NCBI GenBank assembly: GCA_044892525.1
Contig: CM097885.1
Coordinates: 19,532,001-19,596,000 of the forward strand
Length of the DNA: 64,000 nucleotides
Source of the DNA: Schmidtea polychroa
Taxonomy: Eukaryota
Reading direction: 5' to 3'
Position numbers and translations under genes: made by a program. Positions 28,359 through 40,868 of the stretch are shown in pieces. The notes beneath the pieces were generated by a model. The model searched no databases, was not told the DNA's origin, and was given only the letters and a program-made list of their open reading frames with translations. Positions within the stretch are counted from its first letter, which is position 1. The number at the start of each line of letters is the position of its first letter.

Positions 28359-28844
28359 GTATGTACGTTTGTTACAATTTCTAAACACATAAATTTTTTA
28401 ATTGAATCCAATATAAAAATCATTATAAATCGTTATTATTACAAATAAATCACTTTGCCCCATTTAAATTCTTAGGTTAAGTCTGTTCAATTCAAATAAG
28501 CACTAATGTGGGTGACCATTAAAAAAATCCGGTGATGTAGTATTTTATTTTTTGTCTAATCGTTCACCAAATACCTTTATTACATTACAATAACATTAAG
28601 CATCATGACTTGCAATGTTCACTATTATAATCTATAGATATAAAAAATGAGTTCTTTATTATCATAGATACAAAACCCTGAATCATTTTAAAATCATTAT
28701 ATTGTAATAAATTTTATTTCCCTTATAATGTTATCTAAAAGACAAATGCCGATTGGAACCGTTAATTCTTCTGCTAAAAGAGCAGCAAATTGAAGGGCAA
28801 ATGAAACCCCACCGCAGCGACAAGTAAGACTTGCATACACGAGA

Positions 28845-29280
28845 ACTTAATTCATTGGAACCACCTTATTTACCTTCTCATACCTTGATTTATAGCTCGC
28901 TTCACCAATTCTTCGTTCTTCGAAACTTGGATCTGCCAAAGTTATGCAATGATAATCGGCACGCAATTAAGAATTTGTTTCCAAACATAATTGACTAGAT
29001 GTGCAAAAGTGGAAGATGTGTTTATTCCGAGGATCCCACTTATATACCAACCTTTGACTTCAGAAGGCTTCAATTCCCAGTTCGACTAGGTTTTTCCATG
29101 TCCACCAATAAAATGCAGGGACAGTCTCTGAAAGTTGTAGGAATTAACTTGGAGGAGCCCTGTTTTTCACATGGTCAACTTTTTGTTGCTTGGTCCAGAG
29201 TTGGCTCAGCAAAAATCCTCTACATCTTTGCACAACATGGAAAAACAAAAAATATAGTCTACCAAAATGTACTTGATTAA
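28845..29280 (+). pseudogene. Helitron RepHel C-terminal Pif1-like helicase remnant
   Basis: RRLQFPVRLGFSMSTNKMQGQSLKVVGINLEEPCFSHGQLFVAWSRV. Confidence 0.92.
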
Positions 29281-29351
29281 AACTTTGATTAATATCATCA
29301 TTTTAAATTATTATTATTTTGAGTTATTTTTAATTTTCACATGCTTATAAC

Positions 29352-29661
29352 CAATGGTGAGCTGTGAAAAAAACAACAAAAGGCTTGCAAAAAAAATTTA
29401 GGTGTTTTTCGTCCAAAATAAAAATGCTTTTTTCCGAATTTACTTTTTTAGTAAAATATAAAAGCGTCCAGAAAATGTTTTTTTGATATACAAATGCGGT
29501 AAAATTGTTTTAAAAATGTTTACTACCAAAACAATAGAAATTTTAATTTGAAGTGAAGCACAAAATCACAGTTGAAAGAACAACAAGGGGCTCGCAAAAT
29601 TTTTAAAAAGTTAACAAGGGGCTCTGCCGAGCCCCCGCGGGACATGCATAGCTCACCAATG
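29352..29661. mobile_element. hAT-type MITE, 8-bp TSD CTTATAAC
   Basis: caatggtgagct ... agctcaccaatg with a perfect TSD. Confidence 0.8.
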
Positions 29662-29899
29662 CTTATAACATGTAATATATAGTAATAATATGTTTACGAT
29701 GTATAATTACTTTTGAAAATTCAAGTGCATTTAATAAAATATAGCTATTTACTATACGACTTATGTGCCCGAACAACGCCTGGTAGCCCAACTAGTCTTT
29801 ATATGTGTAATTTTTGTTTTTCGGACATTAATAGAAATTAAGATCACACTAAGTGCGCCGTTTTTAAAAAGCCTTTTGTGTCATCACTGATTATAACAA

Positions 29900-30330
29900 T
29901 AAAACAATAACATACTTATTGTAAATGGTTGAAATTTTATATAATTCTAGGTATCCTAGGTATCTAATATTATTATTTTCTTGGCCAACAGCTCTCCAAG
30001 ATTTCATTGCAGCATTCATTGAGGAATATTCTGAGAAATCAGTGACTCCGTTTTTTATTTATATTTTGATTTATTCATATATTTTCTTCAAATTGTCAAA
30101 TTGTTTTAGAATAAATATTTACATTATCTTGTTCAAATAACCAATCTTGTTCTCTCCTCCTAGAACTTTCTATACCAAATTCTTTTCTAAAGGACTTTGG
30201 CAAATAAAAAGAATTATTTTTTTCAACATTTTCATGTAAAACATAAAGAAAACTTCCTACACCTGCAAAATGAGTCCATATAATAATAAGCAACCACCTT
30301 TGTGGCGCAAACTGAAATATGACACTTGCA
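29900..30330 (-). pseudogene. Decayed Tc1-like transposase DDE region
   Basis: Fragments HKGGCLLLYG, WLFEQDNV (cf. FQQDNA) and WPRK (cf. WP..SPD). Confidence 0.55.
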
Positions 30331-31691
30331 TTTCATTAAACATAATTAAATTACAAAATCTAAATTAAATATTAAAAAGATAAATTATTTGCAACATTTA
30401 AATTTTAATTAAAAGAAAATTTTAATTTTCTAAGAAATGATTTTTTTTAATTTTAAAATCTGTCGAATATTTATTTTACAAAACTATTTCTTCACAATTC
30501 AGACGGGTTTAAATTGAATGCTTTAAAAATGGAGTGGTTATGAACATGGACAAACTCTCAAAAAAAAGACAAATTTATTGACAAAATTATGCAAATAAGT
30601 GCAGATGCAATTGAAATGCACAAAGGTTGAGTGCAAAATTGCAAACTAATTATTTAATTATATTAACTTCGGGATATAACAAAATGTCATTTGCAAGAAT
30701 GGTTTTTTATAACCAGATTTTTTTATAGCTAGTTTCCTTAAAGTGGAACGTGCAGTACAGTACAAGTTCTGTTGGCATACACTAATTTTAATATATAAAG
30801 CTTTTTTATAATATCTTACTTTACTATATCTAGAAAATACTGTAATTAAATTTTGTTGGCTATTTTAATTACCTCAGTAAGAAAACAAAATCCCTGATCA
30901 TGCAAGCGTAATACCGGCGTATCGAGCGTTCGGATAATTAATTTAATTAAAAACTAATAGAAAGTGATTTAATTTCAAATATTGATACAATTGACAAATT
31001 CGCAGACACACATACATTTATATTTATTAAAGAGATTTTGAAGACTAGAAATCAGTAATATATCGATGCTTTTTGATACTCACGAATTTTCGGCACTGTC
31101 TTTTTCAAGTGAATTTTAACTTCACTTGAAAAAGGCAGTTCCGAAAATTCGCGAGTAAAAAGAAAAAGTAAAAAGCAACACTTAAATTGTTCTTGTTAAT
31201 TTTCAACATTTCGACCACAATTGTTAATACAAAATAGAATACGATTCTGCAGTTTTCTGAAAACATATTCGAGCTTATTTTAGGAACAGCCAGAAATAAC
31301 ATTAATAATTTTAGCTTGCAAACAATTATAAAATAAAATTTTTAAAGGCTAAAATACTAGATACATCAAGCATTCTGATCCCTTTTTTACAGATTTCATT
31401 TTAACAAGCATTTTAATTGCATTTAGACTTTGTAGATATCTAATGTACCATGTTTTTTTGCTTGTTGGAAAATAATTAAATTATCAACAACAAATAGTTT
31501 ATTTAACAATAATAATAATAATAATAGTAATGATATTACATTGAAGGCCAAAGACCAAATGTGAAGCAGTTCAGAGTATATTGCGTAATTCAATACAATG
31601 TGTTAGTTATTTCGCAATATACATTAATATTTAAGAGTGATCGCTCTGTGTTAATGTAAATAAATCTTTAGATGGAACCAATTGTTGTAAC

Positions 31692-31692
<1 letters not shown>

Positions 31693-31788
<96 letters not shown>
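31693..31788. repeat. (AAT)n microsatellite
   Basis: Directly visible. Confidence 0.95.
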
Positions 31789-32141
31789 TTTATTAATAAT
31801 TAATATTTTATAATTATTTCAAAACAGTACAAATTTGATATTTGCAAAATAACTAGCGAGATGCCTGAACCTAGAGACATTATTAGTTGTAAAAGAAAGA
31901 TATATTTTCTGCATTGAAATTTTCCATTTAATTCTGATACATATCACTCAGTACATCGTTTTCAGATAAACTAATACTGACAAATGTCTACTATTAGAGG
32001 CTGGAAATTTCTAATTATTGGCAATATTGGTCGTAATTTCAATTTCTACAGAATAATTAATATTGAAAGTATTCATAATATTGCAAAAATGCAGAATGTT
32101 TTATGAAAATTCTCTCGAAATCTAATATTTAAATACCCATT

Positions 32142-34205
32142 ATGGCGTGTTCCAAAAAAATGAAGTTTGATATTCCCCAATTTCAGTCTTCTTGGACAAC
32201 AGATTACGGGTTTATTTTAAAAAATGATCGTACTATTTGCGCCTTATGTTTGGAAACTATTGTAACCAGAACGTCAAGTGTAAAGCGTCACTTTGAAACA
32301 AAACACAAAGGATCCTTCAAGTGTGAGACAGAAAAAAATGAATCTATTAAAAATGATGTGGCTCGATATGAGAAGCAAACAAACGTTTTTGTAAACATGA
32401 TCGGTAGAAAAAATCAAGCAACTGAAGCTAGCTACAAAATCTCACAGTGTATTGCAAATTTCGGAAAGCCATTTACAGACGGTGATTATATTAAAGAGAT
32501 TTTCCTCAAGTTCTCTGAAGTGCTGTTTGATGATCTTCCCAATAAAAACATAATTTTTTCAAGGATAAAAGAAATGCCTACTTCTGCTAGGACGGTTGAG
32601 AGAATATAAAAGAACAGCACACTGATGCGTTAAGGAATGCTTGCGTCCTGAGTATGTCACTTGATGAGAGTGTTGATATAAACGGGATACCACGTTTGGC
32701 AATTGTAACTAGACACGGTGATACTGAAATGCGTGAGGAATTATGTTGTCTCGAATCTATGCATGGTAATACAACGGGAAAAGATATTTTAAAAACGTTT
32801 ATCGATTATTTTGAAGAAAGAGGAATTGACATCAAGAAGATATTTGCTGTTACGACAGATGGTGCTCCTGCCATGTTAGGTAGGCTAAATGGATTCGTCA
32901 ATTTACTTGAAGAAATAATTGGCTATCCCATTTTAAAGTTTCAGTGCATTATTCACCAAGAGAATATTTGTGCAAAGATTTCAAAACCCGATCTTAACAA
33001 GGTTATGTCAACCGTATCTAAAATTGTAAATTTTCTTGTGGCACTCTCTTCTCTAAAAATAAGACAGTTCGAAGCTTTACTTCAAGAGATGGAGAGTGCA
33101 TATCATCATATACCCCTTCACTGTAACGTTAGATGGCTAAGTTGCGGTAAAGATCTGGTAAGGCTTGTTGGATGCTTCGACTCAATCAAAGTCTTTTTGG
33201 AAGAAAAATCTGAAAGATATCCCGAACTTGAAAACACACAGTGGCTTATAAAACTTATGTTTTTAACTGACCTCACAGCTCACCTCAGCGAGTTTAATTT
33301 ACGTCTGCAAGGTGTTGGACAAACGGTTATGGAGCTTTATGAGATATGGAAAGCATTTGTTTCCAAAATCGAGATCTATAATGAGGATATTAAAACAGGG
33401 AATCTTCGTTACTTCAAACATCTGAAACATTTCATTGAAAACTGTAAAGATCCAGATGTAACTCTTTGTGTAACTGATGAGTATATGGATGCACTAAAAT
33501 TAGAATTTTTGAATCGATTCAAAGATTTTAAGTCATTTGGCCCAATGTTTTCTTTTTTAATAAAACCAGATAATATTGAGAACTTCAATTTGCTTGTCTT
33601 TGAATGGATGGCCATTGAAGATTTTGAGATGCAATTAATCGATTTTAAAGTATCTTCATTATGGGTAAATAAATTTGCAGAGCTACGAAAAAGTTTGGAA
33701 AATTCTACCAACAATTATGAGCAATCAAATTCAATCCTAAATTGTTGGTCATCTCTCCCCGAAAAGTTTGACTGTCTCAAGAAAGTTGCATTTGCAATGC
33801 TTTCAGCCATTGGTTCGACTTATATATGTGAACAAATATTTTCGCATATGAAGTTCATTATTAATCCCTATTGAAGTCGGCTTACTACAGATCACTTCGA
33901 AGCATGTGTCCGAATTAAAGTCTCAAAATACGTTCCTGATATCCCAAAGCTAAGCAAAGCCAAGCAAGGCCAAGGATCACACTAGACTAGATGATTAGAA
34001 AATGATTTGTTGATATGAAATATTTGTATATTAAAATATAAATATTATAATTTCTTTTTACATTAAATTTGAATATTCCAACAAGAAGTGTTTTTGTACC
34101 TATCATTTAAAATTATGTAGTTGTCGCTTCTCGGCACGCGAAGAATAAAAAAATAAGAAAATAATGAAAAATGGCACTCCAGTACTAAAAGGTTGCCGAC
34201 CCCTG
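32142..34205 (+). mobile_element. hAT (Buster/SPIN, GTF2IRD2/EPM2AIP1-like) transposon, disrupted transposase plus right TIR
   Basis: BED-like CxxC...HFETKH, LDES, TTDGAP, CIIHQE, VRWLS and STYICEQ motifs; a break at ~32609 and a stop at 33874; right end ggttgccgacccctg at 34205; left TIR not found. Confidence 0.92.
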
Positions 34206-34240
34206 ATATATACATATATAATTGTTACTATTTTAGAAAT

Positions 34241-34474
34241 CAGTGTTTCTCAAACACCAGTCTACGAAAACCTTACAGAATATAAGTCCGGAGAAAGAGA
34301 AACTGCATGTGCGTGTGAGTATGATTGGCGGAGAATAAATAAATACTGATAAATAAATAATAAATATTTATCGGCCAATGTAGTTTACAGATTTTGTTTT
34401 ACAGCGAAGAATTTTTTTAAATAAAAAATAATATTATCACCAGTCCGCGATGAGGTTTTGTTTGAGAAACACCG
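34241..34474. mobile_element. hAT-type MITE
   Basis: cagtgtttctcaaac ... gtttgagaaacaccg; imperfect 8-bp TSD. Confidence 0.75.
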
Positions 34475-34496
34475 ATATAAATCATAAATATATTAA

Positions 34497-34684
34497 CCAC
34501 TTAATGTACGCGCCCATGACATAGACGGGCGAACATTATATTTACTTATGATATTTTACATGCTTGTGCCGTAGACGGGCGAACATTATACATATTTACT
34601 TAGGAGTTCTAATATTCGTATAGAAACAAGTTTTTGAGATAGGTTTTTGACACAAAATTCAAAATAAATGTATACATTAAGTGG
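34497..34684. mobile_element. piggyBac-type MITE
   Basis: TTAA|ccacttaatgta ... tacattaagtgg|TTAA; internal direct repeat tagacgggcgaacattata. Confidence 0.85.
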
Positions 34685-35071
34685 TTAAATAGTCTATTTA
34701 AATAAAGTGAAGAAATAAAATAGTTTGTAAATTAAATATTTAAATTTTATTTTACTATACTAAGAAAATAAAGTCCTTATCTCAATGATGTAAAATATTT
34801 CCAAATTAATTAGATGGATTCAATGTAATATTTAGTGATTAGAAATGTTCCTTATTATTGTTTAATTATATATTAATAGATTTAATAAAAAATTCTCAAA
34901 TATTTTAAACAAGAAATACAAATATTGAGTTTCGCTCAATTATCAAATATCCAATGAAAAATCACTCCACAAATGATCCTTTTTAAAAGTAATTAATTAC
35001 AAAAAATAATAAATTAAAATTATAATTTATAATAGAAAATCGCCAACTAAGTATATTAAAATATATCCCAC

Positions 35072-35097
35072 CTGATGATGACAGGAAAACTGTGAAA
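35072..35097 (+). ncRNA. Hammerhead-ribozyme-like core of a Penelope pseudo-LTR (possibly degenerate)
   Basis: CTGATGA-tg-ACAG-gaaaa-CTGT-GAAA just upstream of a Penelope-like ORF; stems I and III not established. Confidence 0.55.
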
Positions 35098-35149
35098 ATC
35101 GTGAAAAGAATGTTTGATTGGCGTTATCTTATAATTAAATCATTGCCCT

Positions 35150-36110
35150 GTATGTTTAACTATTTATTCAAAAATCATATTTCTATTGTTCCAATATTCA
35201 AAAGATTATTGAAGACTCATAATGCACTTAGAAGAAAAAAACTAGACATTTGTTTTCTTGAGACTTGTTTAGAAGAAAAGATGATTCCTTCGTTCATTTT
35301 TAAAATGAAACTTAGTGATTGTCTTTCAAGTAAAGATGTGCAAATAATACATAAAAGAACGTTAAGAAGAATGTTGGAATCAGAGAAGATAAGGAGAACA
35401 TCCTTGGATAAAAAACTATTAAATATTGGATTTACTTCAAATAACAATCAAATAACAAATCAGTTTTGTTTGCAGGTATGTGTTGAAGGGTGTATTAAAA
35501 ATTCAATTTCTCAGTTAAAATCAAAAGAGAATGCTCATATTAATAAATTAAAAAATTTGAGAAAATTATTTGGGATCTCTAAATTTGGTGTAGAGAATAC
35601 ATTATTAAACATGAGTAAATTTGTTTTGTCTGAAGAGGAGGATCGTATATTGAAATTTGGTCCCAATCATACCATTAACCCTTTAACAACTAAAGCCGTT
35701 TGCAGAGGTCATCATAAAAACCCCTTTCGATTCAAATCAAAACATTTTCGCGTTCCAAACAGTAAGACCGATTTTCGTCTGTAAAACCCCCCACCACAAT
35801 TTGCAGGTTTGAACACGATCAAACACATGGTTTGTTTGTAATGGTCAGTTTGGTTGACGACAAAACACCTCGTAATTCTATTTCACTGGTTTAATGGTTA
35901 AGAAAAGAATTTATGAAACAAAATTATGTGCGAAGATTGAAAGTTTCTACTTTCATATACTTAGATCGATGAAGGATATTAATACTAATAATGTGAAGAG
36001 TGTGTTGAGTTCGAGTACGATGGAGTATATTGATAAAAATAAAAAGCAGAATACTAAAGATTTTACTGTATTAAAAAATTTAGCTAAAAAAGACCTAAAA
36101 TATCTAAAAA
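35150..36110 (+). pseudogene. Penelope-like element ORF N-terminus (RT absent)
   Basis: FLETCLEEKMIPSF, NMSKFVLSEEEDRILKFGPNH and LKNLAKKDL match the pre-RT region of Penelope-like ORFs. Confidence 0.75.
35679..35897. mobile_element. TTAA-specific insertion in the Penelope ORF
   Basis: Flanked by TTAA with imperfect TIRs; removal rejoins ...GPNHTI-KKRIYETK... in frame. Confidence 0.75.
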
Positions 36111-36189
36111 ATCTACCTAAAATTGTACGTATTCCTCCTTGCGGATTATTTTCAACAATTCCGTGCAATGGCCATTGCATATAATGGTC

Positions 36190-37134
36190 TTGAGCCTCTT
36201 AATTCATATGGCATTCTTGGCATGTCATGGGTCTCTGCGTTATGACATTAATGGAACCCATAGAACTTTTGCAGGACTGGAAATGTTTAATTTCTATGAG
36301 GGAGGAATTACGGGTGGGTTAACATTTGTTAACAAACATTATGTCGCCAGTTCTGAAGATACAGAACTCTTGTATACAGATATAAAAAATCTGTATTGTT
36401 GGGCTCTTAGCTAAAATTTGATATTGATATTTCTAAATGTCTGCATAAATTGTTGAATGATTTTTGCATTGCTCATGAAAAGATGTGTCCACCGAATTCC
36501 AAAGTTGAGAACCTAATGCTAACGCATTGGCCCAAGAAGAACCATGTTCTCCATTGGAGACTTCTTAAACTTTATCTTTCTCTCGGTGCGAAGATTAATA
36601 AAATTCATCGTGCAATTAAATTCAAACAAGGACCTATATTTAAGACATATATAAACAAAAACATCGAATCAAGAGCACAATCGACCAGTTATATGGAGAC
36701 TTGTTTATATGGTAAATCCGTTGAAAATCTGAAAAAACGGATGAATTTGAAGCTATGTAATTGAGCTAATTGTATATATCTCGAAACCGTCTTTCAGAAA
36801 AACCAATCAGAATTGATTATGTTCTGATTGCTGCTCATCTGAATAAATATTCGATATGTATGTTTAGACAGACCTAGTTACATTGGTTAATCACTACTAG
36901 ATCTGTCTAAACTGCGGATGTATCATCTTCAATATAACGAATTGGCGAAATATAGGGAAGAATTTATTTGCGAGATAAATATTGTTGCAAGTGACACAGA
37001 CTCCTTTTTTCTTGAGATTAAACACTGTAAGCTTGACACTCTTTTGCCGGCAATGATTAGAGACAGTCTTCTAGATAACTCTAATTATGACCCTGCTCGC
37101 CCTTTATATTTAAGGAGTTTGAATTCCGCTATAG
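36190..37134 (+). pseudogene. Protein-primed family B DNA polymerase remnant (Polinton/Maverick or adintovirus type)
   Basis: GITGG...LYTDIKNLY (motif A), LYGKSVEN (motif B), RPSYIG..LLDLSK and SDTDSF (motif C); several frameshifts and stops. Confidence 0.85.
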
Positions 37135-38609
37135 CAGCGCTTCTCAACCGTTTTTGGCTTATATTAGAAAAAAAATTAAAATATTAATACTCGCGTATTT
37201 GTTATTATTTTAAACTTGTTCGAACACTAAATAAATAGCAAATAATGTTTCAAGGAGTATGCTCAGAATGTGTATTGATGAAAAGTAAAACATTTATTAT
37301 AGTTACATATATTTTAATAAAAAACGAAATGAATATACACTATAATATTTTTTACATTAAAATTTTTCATTATTTTTAACTTAACTTATTACATTTAGTG
37401 AGATCCTTGAGCTTGCTTTGAGGCGCATAGTTTTTTGAAGTCAAGTTCGATTGATGCAAGGTTATAATCTTAAATCTGGAGCTGCATTCAGCTTATTACG
37501 GCATTTGTTTTTAATAAATAGATATGAAGAGAATGCTCTTTCCACCAGTACTGTACTTGTAAATGTTAACAAAACGTTAAGCGCTTTGGCAGAAAGCAAT
37601 TCATATTCGGTGCTGATATGTGACCAAAAGTTAATAAAATATTTTCTTTTAAATTCGACTTTCAAAGTAGAGTCATTTGAAATTACAATTAAGTTCTCTT
37701 TTTCAGTGATTGATAATTTAGTTATTCGAAAGTATCCGTCATTGAAAGGATTTGAAATCCAATTGTTTCCTACATCAGGTTTGTGAAAATACTTCTCGAA
37801 ATTTGATTTTAGCTCTTTTAAGTGTTCAGATATGTTGCTCAATTCTCTGGAGAGGCAAAGTTTATTCTCTGATAGGAAATTGTGCAAAGTTTCAAATACC
37901 TCCGGTTGACCGTTTTCAATACATGTTCTCCTAAAATTATTTTTTTAATCATTGATTCAATTTTATCCGAGACATTGAATATCGATTTGGAGTTATTTTA
38001 AAGTGCTAAATTTAGATTGTTTGTACGTAGGAAAATGTCTGATAAATACGCAAGCGTCTGAAGTCAATTACAGTCGTGAAACTTGGAAGCAAGTTGAAAA
38101 GGATGTTTTTCGAAGAAAGCCTGTACTTCATGTTTAAGCTCGAACAATCGGGTAAGGACCTTGCCTCGAGATTGCCACCTTACCTCTGTATGATATAGCA
38201 GAATAGAATGAACACTATCAAAATCTACACAGAGCTTTAAAAATTCTCGAGTTGGTTGAACTTGACTTATAAAATTAACCACTTTCGTAGCGTCGTCAAG
38301 AACAAGCTTCATTTGCACTGGAAGGTGCTTAGATGCTAAACTTTGCCTGTGGATCAACAGTGACTTCAACTTATTTTGGGAGCTATCTTTGTAACATTGG
38401 GTCCATTTGAATTCTAACACAACCCGTTGTAATGTGATGATGCAATTCCGAGTGGCACACATAACTTTGAACAATATTTTGTGTATAAATAGTGAACGTT
38501 AAAACAAATTTTTGTCAAATATTTGCCACCGCTTTGAAACTAAATTGAGGTAGGAGTTACATTTTTAACATCCGTCATTACTAATATTTTTTCGCGTTGG
38601 GAATCGCTG
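37135..38609 (-). mobile_element. hAT Buster-type (ZBED5/SCAND3-like) deleted element
   Basis: TIRs cagcgcttctcaac / gttgggaatcgctg, TSD cgctatag/tgctatag; HRQSLA, HTEVRWQSRG and STVLVERAFS motifs. Confidence 0.9.
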
Positions 38610-38784
38610 TGCTATAGAAACATATACAGTATGTGTGTATATATTAAAACTATATAGTATTTATTTGATCCAGCGGTAGGATGTTTTTAAAGTCTATTTA
38701 ATTAAGCAATATAGTGTGTGAGTGTGTATTTGACCTACTTATTTATTAAAAACTTTATTGATTGTATTATAAGAACTTTTTTTT

Positions 38785-38990
38785 CTCGCGTATAAGTCGA
38801 GAAATTTACGTCAAATTTTTAAGTAAAAATACCAACTTCGACTTATACGCGGGTCAAAAAACGTAAAAAAAACGTAAAAAAAATCATTAAACCTTTTTTT
38901 TATTTTGGTTACTTCGACTTATACGCGGGTTTCCAATTTAGGACTTAAAAACCTCTTAAAATTTACTCGACTTATACGCGAGTATATAAA
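38785..38990. mobile_element. Tc1/pogo-type MITE remnant
   Basis: ctcgcgtataagtcgag inverted against ctcgacttatacgcgag, with three tcgacttatacgcg copies. Confidence 0.65.
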
Positions 38991-40374
38991 GTATCAATTG
39001 CTTTTTAAAAAATACAATATATAAATTGTGTATTTATTAAAACTATACAGAATGTATGTGTGTGCATTTATTCTACTTATTTATTAATAAAACTGTATAG
39101 AATATGTCTTTGACCTACATAATCCAGTGATGTCCTATTTTTAAAGTCGATTTGACCTACATAAAATCTGAAAAAAATTCATGAAAATAGCTTAAAAATC
39201 GCGAAAAATAATAAAAATTTGTGAAAAACTGAAAATTATGAAAAATGTATTTTTTGGCAAAGCCCTTCATTTGGCAAATCTCATCACTATCCACAAGATT
39301 GTATTTGTTCTTTTCAAAATTTTATATAATGTTTTAGCTTGGTTATTGAACATGCTTCAAAAGTGTTGCTTCTTTCAGATTAATTTCCAGAACTGCAGAT
39401 ATATTTCTGGCATGGAAAATTTAAATTATATTTCTGTTACCATTAATTCAAATTTTGGCGTACTAATAATCCTAATTGGCATACCCTTTGTATAAGCAGC
39501 AATCAGTTGCATCTGTACTTGATGATATGTTTCCTTTGAAGGCTCCATAAACTTCATTTGGCGCATCTTTAAAATAGAAAGTTTCCATTTATTTTGATCT
39601 TCCATCAATGAACATCGTTAAATCCAAACATTAACATGATGTTGGAAGATATATTAATTCCTAGCGTCAATCATAGAAACAATAATTCCCTCATTTTATT
39701 ATATCTACAGTTGATCCGATTTCAAAGTTCCCTCACGCAAATATATATATCCTTGATACGGGAAATGGTGCCAATTTTATATTTATGAATTTAATTACAA
39801 TTTTCTTAAATGTTCTCTGTATTTTTGCTTCATTTAAACAAAATTCGTTTACTTTATCAAATTAAAATGTTAACAACTTCAGAATTAAGAAAGATAAATC
39901 AAATCCAGCCTAAGCACTAACAATAATTATATTTTTATTATTATTTCGTGTTCTATTTGAGACCCCTGAATTCAAATAAATTTTTAAGTGATATTCATTG
40001 TAATTTCGAATGAAAAATTAGTTTATGATCAAACAACAGCATAGTGTACACTCCACCACCAAGTCGAATAGAATGTCACATTTCATTTTGTACCTGTCTT
40101 ATCAAAAATATAAATACATTTAATATCTTACAGACTAGGCTTATAAAAAACTCACATAATCCATAAGTCACTAAATAGGTATAAACACAGTTAACGTTTG
40201 CAATAGCATCTAATGGCGGTAAGTGAAAAAATAGAATCAAACAGTTTTTTAATTTATGGTCACAAAATTGCTAGGTTCGATTCCGGTTGGAATCGAGTTC
40301 TTACATAGTATCGATAATAGCCAAATAAGCTAAAAACTAGTCTGACACTCGAAATAGTATTTAGTATCATTTTT

Positions 40375-40565
40375 ATAAGAACTTTTTTCAATTTTCACCA
40401 ATGATTTTTTTTCCATTGAAATTGTATTTATTAAAAAGCTTGACTATGAATTAGTAAAGATCTCGATGTTATTTTACATCTTTTCTAATTCATAGCTACG
40501 TTTCTTAATAAATACAATGTCAATTGAAAAGAAATCATTGGTAAAAATTGAAAAAAAGTTCTTAT
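40375..40565. repeat. Foldback copy of the dispersed repeat family
   Basis: ataagaactttttt... arm and its reverse complement. Confidence 0.8.
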
Positions 40566-40596
40566 GAAAATGATACAAAATGCGATACAAAACTTT

Positions 40597-40868
40597 GGCA
40601 CTTCCGTGTTATCTTACTCCCAAAAATTAAATTATAAAATACATTTAAATAACAATATAAAAAATTAGAGAATACATTATTGATGACGTGTTGCTGCAAA
40701 AACTGCACAGCACTGACTTTGTCATTTACTAACGCTGATAGCCTTAATAAATTCATGTTCAATAATGTTCAATAACGTCATCAATAATGTATTCTCTCAT
40801 TTTTTATATTGTTATTTTAATTGTATTTTATAATTTAATTTTTGGGAGTAAGATAATACGGAAGTGCC
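40597..40868 (-). mobile_element. Merlin-like MITE with ~90-bp TIRs
   Basis: ggcacttccgtgttatcttactccc... inverted at the right end; centre encodes MNLLRLSALVNDKVSAVQFLQQH, resembling a Merlin/ISXO2 transposase start. Confidence 0.65.

Larger units (their letters stand above)
27654..29795 (+). mobile_element. Internally deleted Helitron with nested insertions
   Basis: A|TC 5' end with a tgtatgta tract, 3' GC-rich imperfect hairpin then CTAG|T, and a Pif1-type helicase remnant inside. Confidence 0.8.

Noticed and set aside
39200..39870. Possible MULE/FLYWCH remnant on the minus strand
   Set aside because: Too decayed to support by eye.
40203..40300. tRNA or SINE (GGTTCGATTCC B-box)
   Set aside because: No cloverleaf, weak A-box spacing and no second copy seen in the window.
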